Shown: positions 39,614-48,055 of the stretch, piece by piece | How positions within the stretch are numbered: the first letter of the stretch is position 1 | How the letters are laid out: every line of letters begins with the position of its first letter | Source of the DNA: Chitinophagales bacterium | Lineage (GTDB): Bacteria; Bacteroidota; Bacteroidia; Chitinophagales; CAIOSU01 | Length of the DNA: 64,000 nucleotides | Direction: 5' to 3' | NCBI GenBank assembly: GCA_034440455.1 | Contig: JAWXCB010000062.1 | Location: forward strand, 3,624-67,623 | The notes under the pieces: model-generated | The model's input: the letters and a program-made list of their open reading frames with translations, nothing else | The model's database searches: none | What the model was told of the DNA's origin: nothing | Made by a program: the position numbers and the translations under genes

Positions 39614-40834
39614 TCAGGTATTTAAAAGCCCATAAATCGTGTAGGCTGTCAGCAGCAGCGTCAGTAAGATGGCGCATACGCTAATCACAGGAATGTTCTT
39701 GATATTGCCCGGGATGCGGAAAGGGCGTTTCAAATTTTTATTTGTAATCCGCAGAACGATAACGGAAGTATTCACCAATAGGAAGGTGATGAAAATGGAA
39801 AAATTAGCAATGAGCGCAACGGTTTCAATTTTCCCTATCAGGGAAAAGGCACTTGTAACCAGCAAGATGAGCAACAGGGCAGGCACAGGCGTTTGCCGTG
39901 AAGCCCATACCCATGAAAACCATTTCATAAAAGAAACTTCCTTTGCCATGCTTAAAATAACACGGGAGCTGCCCATCATATTTGAAAGAATGGTGTTTGA
40001 AGTAGAGAACAGCGCGATGATCACGATAACGAGAGCGCCTGTTTTTCCAAACCTGTTGCTCACAATATCAGCTAAGGGGCTATCCGACTCACTTAGTTCT
40101 TGCCAGGGAATGGCGCTCACGGCACAAATGGCAACCAACGTGTAAACAACCATGACGATTGCGCTTGCAATGAATAACGCTTTGGGAATATTCTTCTCGG
40201 GCTTTTTTGTTTCTTCAGCGAGCTTCACTATTTCTTCAAAACCGAGATAAGCAAAGTAACTTAACGCAGCCGCAGCGAGTACACCGTTGAATCCGGAGGG
40301 AGGCAACTCTAAATAATCTACTTTTCCTAAATCAGGAAAGGCTGCATAGATGACAAAAAGCAATCCGCCTGTTTCGATAACGGTAAAAATAATGTTGATG
40401 ATGGATGATTGCCTGATGCCGCTGATATTAACCAGAAAAACCAACACAAGGATTCCCGGAGCAACCGCCAGCAGGGGCAGTTCAATCAATCGGGTGAAAT
40501 AGCCTGCAAACCCCAGTGACACAGTTGCCCCGCTGATGATGCCGTTTAAGGAAATGATAAAGCCAAGAATAATTCCCGCTTTCTTTCCTAAGGCATTTTT
40601 AGCATATACATATTCCCCGCCCGCCTTCGGGAAAGCAGCGCTCATTTCTGCATAAGAAAAAGCGGATAGCAATGCGGTGACAGATGCAATGAGAAAAGCA
40701 AGCCATATCATGTTGCCTCCAAATCCGGCCACCTTGCCCACCAGCGCATAAATGCCTGCTCCCAGAATGGAACCCACGCCAAAGAAAACGCATTCGGCAA
40801 GTCCTAAGGTCCTTTTCAGTTTTTGAGTAGGCAT
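39614..40834 (-). CDS. APC-family amino acid permease
   Basis: 406 aa with about 12 TM segments. N-terminal LGLAECVFFGVGSILGAGIY is typical of the APC superfamily. Confidence 0.8.
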   Translation of the reverse strand: MPTQKLKRTLGLAECVFFGVGSILGAGIYALVGKVAGFGGNMIWLAFLIASVTALLSAFSYAEMSAAFPKAGGEYVYAKNALGKKAGIILGFIISLNGIISGATVSLGFAGYFTRLIELPLLAVAPGILVLVFLVNISGIRQSSIINIIFTVIETGGLLFVIYAAFPDLGKVDYLELPPSGFNGVLAAAALSYFAYLGFEEIVKLAEETKKPEKNIPKALFIASAIVMVVYTLVAICAVSAIPWQELSESDSPLADIVSNRFGKTGALVIVIIALFSTSNTILSNMMGSSRVILSMAKEVSFMKWFSWVWASRQTPVPALLLILLVTSAFSLIGKIETVALIANFSIFITFLLVNTSVIVLRITNKNLKRPFRIPGNIKNIPVISVCAILLTLLLTAYTIYGLLNT

Positions 40835-40924
40835 TTTTTTTGGAAAGGGAAATTTCCTTTCATTCTTTTATTTTATGACGGATACGGCAGTGTTGAAGGC
40901 ACAGGAGCGCAGTAATTTTTCAGG

Positions 40925-40996
40925 TTCTAAAAGTGAGCGTATTCCTTCATAAACTTTCACACTATTCTAAAATAAAGTTGCATCATTCACACATCT
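40925..40996 (-). promoter_or_regulatory. Stress-module copy E (upstream of APC permease), more divergent
   Basis: Distal box GATGTGTGAATGATGCAAC and proximal GAATAGTGTGAA are 21 bp apart. The core reads CTCACTTTTAG with 24-nt spacing. Confidence 0.65.
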
Positions 40997-41070
40997 TGTC
41001 AGCAGGTTTTCTCTGACTGTTTTGTTGCCGAACATTCGTGTGCGCCCGCTGGATTGACGGAGTACCGACT

Positions 41071-41098
41071 AAAAAAAATCCCCGCGAGAGCAGGGATT
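41071..41098 (-). terminator. Intrinsic terminator after hydrophilin 2 gene
   Basis: Minus strand: AATCCCTGC-TCTC-GCGGGGATT (9-bp stem with one G-U pair) followed by T8. Confidence 0.8.
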
Positions 41099-41121
41099 CT
41101 TGAGTAAATAGTTTTACCTGC

Positions 41122-41403
41122 TTACTCTTTATGATTTTTATTACCTGTTTTGTTCTCCTTCTGCTTTGAATCAGAACCTGTTCTTCCTGCACTGCCTGCA
41201 CGCTCTTGGGTATTCTTAATATCCGTACCGGCTTTAGCTTGCGGTGAAGTCGCAAGCTGACGTTGCTGGTCGCCTTGTTGCTTACCCTGATTTGGAGTTG
41301 GGTTTTTAGCGTTCGTTTCCTTTTTGCGGTCACCATGTGCTGATGATTGATTTGACTTGCTGCCGATTTGCAGATTGCCTTGGTCTTTTTGTTTGTCTTT
41401 CAT
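41122..41403 (-). CDS. Intrinsically disordered hydrophilic protein (hydrophilin-like), paralogous 5' region to 38999..39463
   Basis: 93 aa starting MKDKQKDQGN, rich in Q/K/N/G/S/T with no hydrophobic core. Promoter and leader are nearly identical to copy D. Confidence 0.65.
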   Translation of the reverse strand: MKDKQKDQGNLQIGSKSNQSSAHGDRKKETNAKNPTPNQGKQQGDQQRQLATSPQAKAGTDIKNTQERAGSAGRTGSDSKQKENKTGNKNHKE

Positions 41404-41439
41404 TTTTTGAATTTAAATTCCCGCTACTGGCGGAACAGC

Positions 41440-41455
41440 GTGAAAGAATTTTCAC
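41440..41455 (-). promoter_or_regulatory. Leader palindrome GTGAAA-N4-TTTCAC (hydrophilin 2)
   Basis: Identical to the other two. Followed by a CCGC-N5-GCGG hairpin (41421-41433). Confidence 0.6.
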
Positions 41456-41456
41456 A

Positions 41457-41529
41457 ATACAAAGGTGAGCGTACTATTATCAGAAACCGTTATACAATTC
41501 TTGAAAAGAGTTGCATCATTCACACATTT
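41457..41529 (-). promoter_or_regulatory. Stress-module copy F (upstream of hydrophilin 2)
   Basis: Gene strand: AAATGTGTGAATGATGCAAC-TCTTTTCAA-GAATTGTATAAC-GGTTTC-N13-CTCACCTTTGTAT. Spacings 21 and 25. Confidence 0.8.
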
Positions 41530-41563
41530 CAACGCACACGATTTTTTGTACTTCAACACGTTG

Positions 41564-42001
41564 TTATTTGCTTGTTGAACCGGAATCTTTCATCGTTGTA
41601 ATTCTTCCTGAAAGGTCAACATGGTCGCCTTCTTTCATCCACATCTCCGTTCCATTTTTTTTTACGATGGTTCCATCGCGCTTCACTTTTGTGCTATTAC
41701 TCATAATGATACCTTTTTTCAAAAATTTCATTGTGCCTCCGAATATCAGCATCATTTTGCCGTTCAGCATTATCACGCCATCAGGATGTGACTTTATCTT
41801 TTCGCCCGGTGCGTTTTTAACAGGGCTGTTTTGCATCTTGTCCTCCGTATTGGAATTCGTGTTTTTTGGAGTATTATCAAAATCAGGAGGGATGGTTTTG
41901 ATAAAGGAGTCAGGCGGGAGAGAATTTATTAAGGAGTCGGCTTGAGCATTAACGCACAACGTGATTGCAGTGGCTGCAAATGCGAAGATTAGTTTTTTCA
42001 T
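41564..42001 (-). CDS. Hypothetical secreted protein
   Basis: 145 aa with signal peptide MKKLIFAFAATAITLCVNAQA. Repeated DG(V/T)I..NGK/DGTIVKKNGTEMWMKEGD-type segments. Confidence 0.65.
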   Translation of the reverse strand: MKKLIFAFAATAITLCVNAQADSLINSLPPDSFIKTIPPDFDNTPKNTNSNTEDKMQNSPVKNAPGEKIKSHPDGVIMLNGKMMLIFGGTMKFLKKGIIMSNSTKVKRDGTIVKKNGTEMWMKEGDHVDLSGRITTMKDSGSTSK

Positions 42002-42034
42002 TTGGTTTGAGTTTTCATGTAAAATATTTTGCGC

Positions 42035-42107
42035 TTACAAATATGCTTCTATTGATTCCGGAAAGCGTTATACTATTCTGATGAAGAGTTACATCATTCA
42101 CACATTT
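42035..42107 (-). promoter_or_regulatory. Stress-module copy G (upstream of secreted 145-aa protein)
   Basis: Gene strand: AAATGTGTGAATGATGTAAC-N9-GAATAGTATAAC-GCTTTC-N13-AGCATATTTGTAA. Spacings 21 and 25. Confidence 0.75.
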
Positions 42108-42135
42108 TTCAAAGTGATAAATGAACAGCATGCGG

Positions 42136-42208
42136 GAATGTGTGAATCATGTAACTCTTTCCCGCAATTGTGTAACAGTTGTGAAAGCAGGCGGCAGCAC
42201 CTTTGTAT
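42136..42208 (+). promoter_or_regulatory. Stress-module copy H (only + strand copy; upstream of lipoprotein and OM barrel genes)
   Basis: GAATGTGTGAATCATGTAAC-N9-CAATTGTGTAAC-AGTTGT-N13-CAGCACCTTTGTAT. Spacings 21 and 25. It lies back to back with copy G, 28 bp apart. Confidence 0.8.
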
Positions 42209-42224
42209 TGATATGAATATTCAG

Positions 42225-42386
42225 ATGCGCATTTCAATATTGTTCCTGCTTCTGGTATTTCTTTTGATATCATGCACAGGGTGCTTATCAAGAAAAATTG
42301 AACTGGATAAGTTGGATGAACTTGTGCCGGCAATTTCCAAAGACGAGCCGGCAGACAGCGTAAGACAACAACATACTGACAAATAA
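42225..42386 (+). CDS. Small lipoprotein
   Basis: MRISILFLLLVFLLISCTGC (lipobox LISC), 53 aa. An alternative in-frame ATG lies at 42213. Part of track ORF 41961..42386. Confidence 0.55.
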   Translation: MRISILFLLLVFLLISCTGCLSRKIELDKLDELVPAISKDEPADSVRQQHTDK

Positions 42387-42398
42387 AAAACACGAACC

Positions 42399-43025
42399 AT
42401 GAAAACTTTCAAATGTACCGTACTGCTCTGCATTGCAGCATGTTTAATAACTATTTCCGAAGCGTACGCACAGCCATCTGTCGCACTGGGCGGAAAAATA
42501 GGAGCTTCCTTCAGCGGGTTTCGAGGTGATGATGCCGGGGATGTTTCCTTTCGCAAGGGAGTAGCGGGTGGTTTGTTTGTAGCTATCAGCCCTGCGGGAT
42601 TTTTCACGATACAGCCAGAGCTTCTCTTTCAGCAAAGAGGCGCAGTGAGTGAAAATAAAACACTCAACATAAAGTCAGATGTGAAGATTGGCTACATGAA
42701 TATCCCGGTGCTGTTCAAATTAAGGCTGCCCATCGCGGAGAAATTTTATCCGCACGTTTATATCGGTCCGCAGTTTTCATACAAGTTGAAAAGCGAAACT
42801 TCCATCGAAGCGTTTGACCTGGGCACCATAACGAGCGATATCAACCTGCGCAATTATGACCTTGGGGGCGTATTCGGTTTCGGACTGGATGTTGAAATCA
42901 ATCATCTTTTTCTCACCGTTGATTTTCGTTATGCATTGGGAGCGCTGGATATAGAAGAGTCGGACGATTTCCAGATAAAGAATAAAGACCTTTCCATTAT
43001 GGCAGGCGCTGGATTTAAATTTTAG
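42399..43025 (+). CDS. Outer-membrane beta-barrel (porin-family, OMP_b-brl_2-like) protein
   Basis: Signal peptide ending EAYAQ, alternating strands, C-terminal AGAGFKF. Confidence 0.75.
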   Translation: MKTFKCTVLLCIAACLITISEAYAQPSVALGGKIGASFSGFRGDDAGDVSFRKGVAGGLFVAISPAGFFTIQPELLFQQRGAVSENKTLNIKSDVKIGYMNIPVLFKLRLPIAEKFYPHVYIGPQFSYKLKSETSIEAFDLGTITSDINLRNYDLGGVFGFGLDVEINHLFLTVDFRYALGALDIEESDDFQIKNKDLSIMAGAGFKF

Positions 43026-43032
43026 GCAGTGT

Positions 43033-43140
43033 CTCAGTTTGAAGTTGCCGATAGGATGTCACCCTGAGTTTATCGAAGGGTTGCGATTGCCTGCGCCATG
43101 CCTCGATAAACTCAGCATGACGGCTTGCGCTCAAACTGAG
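43033..43140. repeat. Nested inverted-repeat (REP-like) element
   Basis: Outer 10-bp IR ctcagtttga (43033-43042) / tcaaactgag (43131-43140). Inner perfect 13-bp IR ctgagtttatcga (43064-43076) / tcgataaactcag (43103-43115). Confidence 0.7.
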
Positions 43141-43196
43141 GAACAGAATAGGTTCGTGATGCAGTAACACACAAACCACAATAGAAGCCGTCATCC

Positions 43197-44051
43197 ATGA
43201 GCAAACCCGTTTTAAATAAAATGACTGAACCGCTTCTTCTATCAAAGAGCAAGAGAGACGCTGTTACTTTGAAAAATAAAAATGATACCTTAAAAGGCAT
43301 GAAAGCGTTTTTCACGGAGGTGACGTCACTCACGTTTTTCACGGGAAGGTTTTTCAAAGAATTATTCCAACCACCATATGAGTTCAATGAATTAGTGAAG
43401 CAAGCGTACCTGATTGGCAATAAATCTTTTTACCTCGTTGCCATCACTGGCTTTATCATGGGCTTGGTGCTCACGATACAATCCGCACCGACCTTGTCGC
43501 AATTCGGAGCGGAGTCATGGCTGCCCGCCATGGTTGCTGTTTCCATTATTCGGGAGATAGGACCTGTTATCACTGCATTGATTTGCGCGGGCAAAGTAGG
43601 CTCCGGCATCGGGGCGGAATTAGCCTCCATGAAAGTAACCGAGCAAATTGATGCGATGGAAGTTTCAGGCGCCAACCCTTTCAAATATCTTGTGGTGACG
43701 CGCGTAGTTGCTGCCACGCTCATGATTCCCGTGCTCGTGATTTTCTCTGACGCTATTTCTTTGGGGGGCGCATTCATGGGCGTGAATATCACGGGTGATG
43801 TGAGTTTCTCTTTATTCTTTTCCCAAGTGGTTGAGGCGGTTGATTTCGCTGATGTATTTCCTGCTTTTATTAAAACATTTTTCTTCGGCTTTATCATCGG
43901 GCTTGTAGCCTGTTACAAAGGTTATCATTCCAATAAGGGTACGGAAGGAGTGGGAGCGGCAGCCAATGCGGCTGTGGTGATGGCTTCCTTATTGGTTTTT
44001 ATTATTGATATGATTGCCGTGCAGTTTACGAACCTGTTAATTAACTATTAA
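43197..44051 (+). CDS. mlaE: MlaE-family ABC transporter permease
   Basis: REIGPVITALICAGKVGSGIGAELASMKVTEQIDAMEVSGANPFKYLVVTRV is the MlaE signature. The start may be an internal Met. Confidence 0.8.
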   Translation: MSKPVLNKMTEPLLLSKSKRDAVTLKNKNDTLKGMKAFFTEVTSLTFFTGRFFKELFQPPYEFNELVKQAYLIGNKSFYLVAITGFIMGLVLTIQSAPTLSQFGAESWLPAMVAVSIIREIGPVITALICAGKVGSGIGAELASMKVTEQIDAMEVSGANPFKYLVVTRVVAATLMIPVLVIFSDAISLGGAFMGVNITGDVSFSLFFSQVVEAVDFADVFPAFIKTFFFGFIIGLVACYKGYHSNKGTEGVGAAANAAVVMASLLVFIIDMIAVQFTNLLINY

Positions 44052-44052
44052 C

Positions 44053-44790
44053 ATGGAAGCAACGCAAAATGCCACGGTGGTAAAGATGGCGCACCTCCAA
44101 AAATCCTTTGGAGACAACGAGGTGCTGAAAGACATCAGCCTCACGATTCACAAAGGAGAAACTGTTGTGGTGCTGGGCAAGTCAGGCTCAGGGAAATCGG
44201 TATTGATTAAGTGCATGGTGCGGTTGCTGGATGTGGATGAAGGCAAGGTGTCTATTCTTGGAAGCGATATTTTTTCTTTGAATAGAAAAGAGCTGAATCT
44301 GCTCCGAATGAAAATTGGTTTCCTGTTTCAAGGCGCAGCATTGTATGATTCTTTAACAGTGCGGGAAAATCTGGAGTTTCCGCTGCGACAATCGGGCAAG
44401 CCACGGGAAGAAATTGATGCGCTGGTGATGGAAGTGTTGCAAAGCGTGGGGTTGGAAGATGCTGTTGACTTAATGCCATCGGAACTCTCCGGGGGAATGA
44501 GAAAAAGAATAGGCTTGGCACGCTCAATGATTCTGAAGCCGGAGATTATGCTTTATGATGAACCAACCACGGGGTTGGACCCAATCACCGCGAAGGAAAT
44601 AAGCAACCTGATTTTAGAAGTGCAAAAGAAATACAATACCACTTCCATCATCATTACGCATGACATTCAATGTGCGCGGATAACAGCTAACAGGATGCTG
44701 ATACTGAACAATGGGGTATTTGTGGCAGAAGGTGCTTTTGATGAATTGAAAAAATCAGAAGATAAATTGGTGCATTCGTTTTTTGAATAG
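44053..44790 (+). CDS. mlaF: ABC transporter ATP-binding protein (MlaF-like)
   Basis: Walker A GKSGSGKS, signature LSGGMRKR, Walker B MLYDEPT. Adjacent to the MlaE and MlaD genes. Confidence 0.8.
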   Translation: MEATQNATVVKMAHLQKSFGDNEVLKDISLTIHKGETVVVLGKSGSGKSVLIKCMVRLLDVDEGKVSILGSDIFSLNRKELNLLRMKIGFLFQGAALYDSLTVRENLEFPLRQSGKPREEIDALVMEVLQSVGLEDAVDLMPSELSGGMRKRIGLARSMILKPEIMLYDEPTTGLDPITAKEISNLILEVQKKYNTTSIIITHDIQCARITANRMLILNNGVFVAEGAFDELKKSEDKLVHSFFE

Positions 44791-44882
44791 CTACAAGTAG
44801 AATATGCCCGGCTTGCAGCTTGTAGCTAACAGCTTGAGGCTTTAAATAATTATCAGATTAACTCATTGATAAAAAAAGTATC

Positions 44883-45608
44883 ATGAAAAAAAATACAAAC
44901 TACAAAGTCAGGCTGGGAATATTAATTACCGTTGGGATAGCGCTTTTTGTATTTGCCATCTACTTTATAGGCAGCAGGCAGCACCTGTTCAGCAGAACAT
45001 TTGAAATCAGCGCGGTATTCAAAGATGTGAACGGGCTACAGGTGGGCAACAACGTGCGGTTTTCGGGCATCACGGTTGGAACGGTGAGTAAAGTTGAAAT
45101 CATCAGCGACACTACGGTGCGTGTAAGCTTAGTGATTGAGGACAGGACGCAACAGTTCATCAAGAAGGATGCTACCGCAGTAATCAGCTCCGATGGACTG
45201 ATGGGAAACAAAGTGATGACCATCAACCCCGGCACCGCAGGGGCGGGGGAAATAGAAGACAACGATGTGCTCGCCACCATTCAGCCGGTGAACATGGATG
45301 ACATCATGCTGAAAATAAAAATGACTGCCGATAATGCCGCCCTCATTACCAGCGACCTTGCAACGGTGATGAACAGCGTGAGTATGGGAAAAGGTACGAT
45401 CGGAAAACTGTTCATGGATTCAACTCTTGCTGAAACACTCGACCAAACACTGATGAGCGTAAAGGGCGCTGCCGAAGGCATGGATGAAAATATGGAAGCG
45501 GCAAAAAGTAACTTTCTCCTGAAAGGATATTACAATAAAAAAGAAAAGGAGTTGGAGAAAGAAAAAGAGTTTGAGCAGAAGGAAAAAGAAACGAAGGACA
45601 AAGATTGA
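44883..45608 (+). CDS. mlaD: MlaD-family (MCE domain) protein
   Basis: N-terminal TM, then FKDVNGLQVGNNVRFSGITVGTVSKVE (MCE domain). K/E-rich tail. Confidence 0.75.
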   Translation: MKKNTNYKVRLGILITVGIALFVFAIYFIGSRQHLFSRTFEISAVFKDVNGLQVGNNVRFSGITVGTVSKVEIISDTTVRVSLVIEDRTQQFIKKDATAVISSDGLMGNKVMTINPGTAGAGEIEDNDVLATIQPVNMDDIMLKIKMTADNAALITSDLATVMNSVSMGKGTIGKLFMDSTLAETLDQTLMSVKGAAEGMDENMEAAKSNFLLKGYYNKKEKELEKEKEFEQKEKETKDKD

Positions 45609-45628
45609 AGCTGGCGTTTTTTACATGT

Positions 45629-48055
45629 TCAGAACGTCACTTTGTATTGCATGGCGATGCTTCGCTGCTCACCGATGTTGCCGGGTAAAATCATATACTG
45701 ACTGTTAAGCGCATTGAACAGGTGGAGGGAAAGCGTGTGTTGGTTGTTAATTGTACTGGACAAGATGAAGTCAACCAAATGCCAGCCGTTGAGATGGTCG
45801 TTGCGGAAAGCATAGGTGCCGGGAATAGCAAACAACAGCAGCTTGTCCACGTTCTCCATCCTGCTGAGGTAGCGGTAATTTGTTGTGAAGATCATAATGC
45901 CCCATCCAATGGTGAGGGACTGCGTGGCGGTGATTTTGCTGCGGTATTTGAGCGTGTAGGGAACATCGCGAATGTATTTATAAAAATCAGGGTCGGTGAT
46001 GCCCACAGGAGGATTGAGGACGAGGATGGTTGCAGAATCGCCATCGAGTTCTTTCAATCCATCATAATTCACGGGTTGCAACAGGGTGACCCCTCCATTG
46101 TATGCAATAAGCAATTTGCGATGCTCAAAACGAAAACCAAGATTGCCTTCAATGCCCTGAATACTCACGTTTGCGAGGTTTTGTGCTTTGAACGACAGGT
46201 TGGTCAATGATGATTTCGGAATATCAATCAGGAACTCAATCATATCCTGAAAGCGCATTAGAAATGCCGCTGCATCCAAGTAACCGCTGAATTTGGATGC
46301 AGCGCCCTTTGCTCCAAAATATTGCGTGATTCCTATTTCTGCGCTATACCCTGTTTCGGGGTTGATATTCGGTGCGGGGTTGGTGCGTAATCCGCCCAAA
46401 CTGATATTGGAAAAACGCTCATTGAGCGAAGCCGCGCGAACTCCCTGGGTGATGGATGCCCTGACGCGGGTGAATCGCAACACCTGATAGTTGATGGTGA
46501 AGCCTGCAAGCGGATGTCTTATCGTCAAGAGTTTTTCGGGTTGAAAGATGTAATTGATTTGAAACGTATCTCCAAACATTTTTTCATACTGAAACCGCGC
46601 GCCCGTTGTGATAATGATGCGATAGTCTGAAGATTCGAACTTGGACTTCAGCAGACGAAAAGTGGCGATGCCAAACTGCGCGAACTGCTGACTTGACGCT
46701 TCTCCCTGCGGGTTGTTGGTAGGATTACTGAAGCTATATTGATAGTTGCCCCCGGCAATGATGCTGAACCAGGGCTTAAACTGGCGGCTCCACGTAAATT
46801 CGTTCCAGCTTTGCAATGAATAGCCGCTGAGACTGGTGCTGCTCTCTGTATTCTGCCAACTGAAACGGCATTGCAGATTGTAAATATTCCCATTGGGTGA
46901 TATGTATTTTAAGGAAGGGTCGGCTATCACATAGTCGAGCGTCTGCCTGCTCAACGAGTTCAATCCGGGTTCGTGCGTATAGTTTGGATAGTCTTTCCAA
47001 AAAACAAACACGGCAGACTGTTCCCTGAGATACTGGACATTGAATCCGATGGTGAGCCGGTTTCTTTTAAATGCGTTGTGCCATTCGTTGAGCGCCAGCA
47101 CGCGGACACGGTTGTTGTATTCCTCGTTTCTATAACCAGCGTCTCTCACGAGGTCGCCCTGAGCGGTAAAATCCCAGGTCTTTCGGATGCGCTGGCTGCG
47201 GCTGAAGTGAAGCGATGAAACATAGGAATTTTTTATTCCTTCCCAGTTGCGCACGGATGAATCCGGGGGCAGGAAAAAGCGCTGCGCAAATCGGATAGTG
47301 GTGCGTGGCGTATCCGAAGGTTTATCCATGATGACATTCACCACTCCGCCCAGTGCGCTGCTGCCATAACGCAACGAAGCGGAGCCTTTAAGAACTTCCA
47401 CGCGCTCGATATTGTCCGTAGCCAGCAGGTTGAAGTTGACAGTTGCTCTTTCCGCATTCATAGCGGGCATTCCATTGAGCAAAACCAAAACCCTTGAACC
47501 TGTGCCGTAGTTGAACCCGCTGCTACCGCGAATATTAATCTGGTTGTCTATAATGGTAACGCCCGTGACCATTTGCAAGCCGGATTTCAAATTAGTAGCT
47601 GCCTGTTGGTCGAGTTGTTGCTGCGTTATTACTTCGATAGTTTGTCCCTCCGTTCCTCTTTCCGGCATTTTGCCTCCTTCTATTTCCACCTGTGGCAGAA
47701 GCAGATTTTCTTCCGTGAGCAAAGCATCACAGGTCAGGTTTGTTTTGTTGTTCAGCGAAAGTCGGATGATGAATTTTTTAAAGCCAATCAAAGAAAATTG
47801 CAATAGAACACTATCAGATGATGGGATAGTTAAACTGTATTTGCCATTTTCATCTGCCAGGGTTACAATAGTTGTTTGCGCGCCAATAGCCTGTACAGTT
47901 GTGCCGGGTAGGGTAGTTCCGGTTGTTTTGGAAAGTATTTGACCGCTTATGCTTACATCCTGCGCCAACAACGGCACTGCGGTAAGCTGTAGCAATGTCA
48001 GGCAAAAGGATAGCAGCAACAACTTACCAAATAAAACGCTTTGTGCTGATTCCAT
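45629..48055 (-). CDS. TonB-dependent receptor with carboxypeptidase-regulatory-like N-domain
   Basis: 808 aa. ISGQILSKTTGTTLPGTTVQ (CarbopepD_reg), a plug region with IERVEVLKGSASLRYGSSALGGVVNV, and C-terminal YKVTF. Confidence 0.85.
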   Translation of the reverse strand: MESAQSVLFGKLLLLSFCLTLLQLTAVPLLAQDVSISGQILSKTTGTTLPGTTVQAIGAQTTIVTLADENGKYSLTIPSSDSVLLQFSLIGFKKFIIRLSLNNKTNLTCDALLTEENLLLPQVEIEGGKMPERGTEGQTIEVITQQQLDQQAATNLKSGLQMVTGVTIIDNQINIRGSSGFNYGTGSRVLVLLNGMPAMNAERATVNFNLLATDNIERVEVLKGSASLRYGSSALGGVVNVIMDKPSDTPRTTIRFAQRFFLPPDSSVRNWEGIKNSYVSSLHFSRSQRIRKTWDFTAQGDLVRDAGYRNEEYNNRVRVLALNEWHNAFKRNRLTIGFNVQYLREQSAVFVFWKDYPNYTHEPGLNSLSRQTLDYVIADPSLKYISPNGNIYNLQCRFSWQNTESSTSLSGYSLQSWNEFTWSRQFKPWFSIIAGGNYQYSFSNPTNNPQGEASSQQFAQFGIATFRLLKSKFESSDYRIIITTGARFQYEKMFGDTFQINYIFQPEKLLTIRHPLAGFTINYQVLRFTRVRASITQGVRAASLNERFSNISLGGLRTNPAPNINPETGYSAEIGITQYFGAKGAASKFSGYLDAAAFLMRFQDMIEFLIDIPKSSLTNLSFKAQNLANVSIQGIEGNLGFRFEHRKLLIAYNGGVTLLQPVNYDGLKELDGDSATILVLNPPVGITDPDFYKYIRDVPYTLKYRSKITATQSLTIGWGIMIFTTNYRYLSRMENVDKLLLFAIPGTYAFRNDHLNGWHLVDFILSSTINNQHTLSLHLFNALNSQYMILPGNIGEQRSIAMQYKVTF

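Noticed and set aside
40983-41336. 117-aa ORF ending ...ADKMCE (34085..34309 also ends KMCE)
   Set aside because: The KMCE* ending is just the module's distal box (AAAATGTGTGAATGA) read in frame. 40983..41336 overlaps the hydrophilin gene in another frame and spans a strong terminator, so it is spurious.
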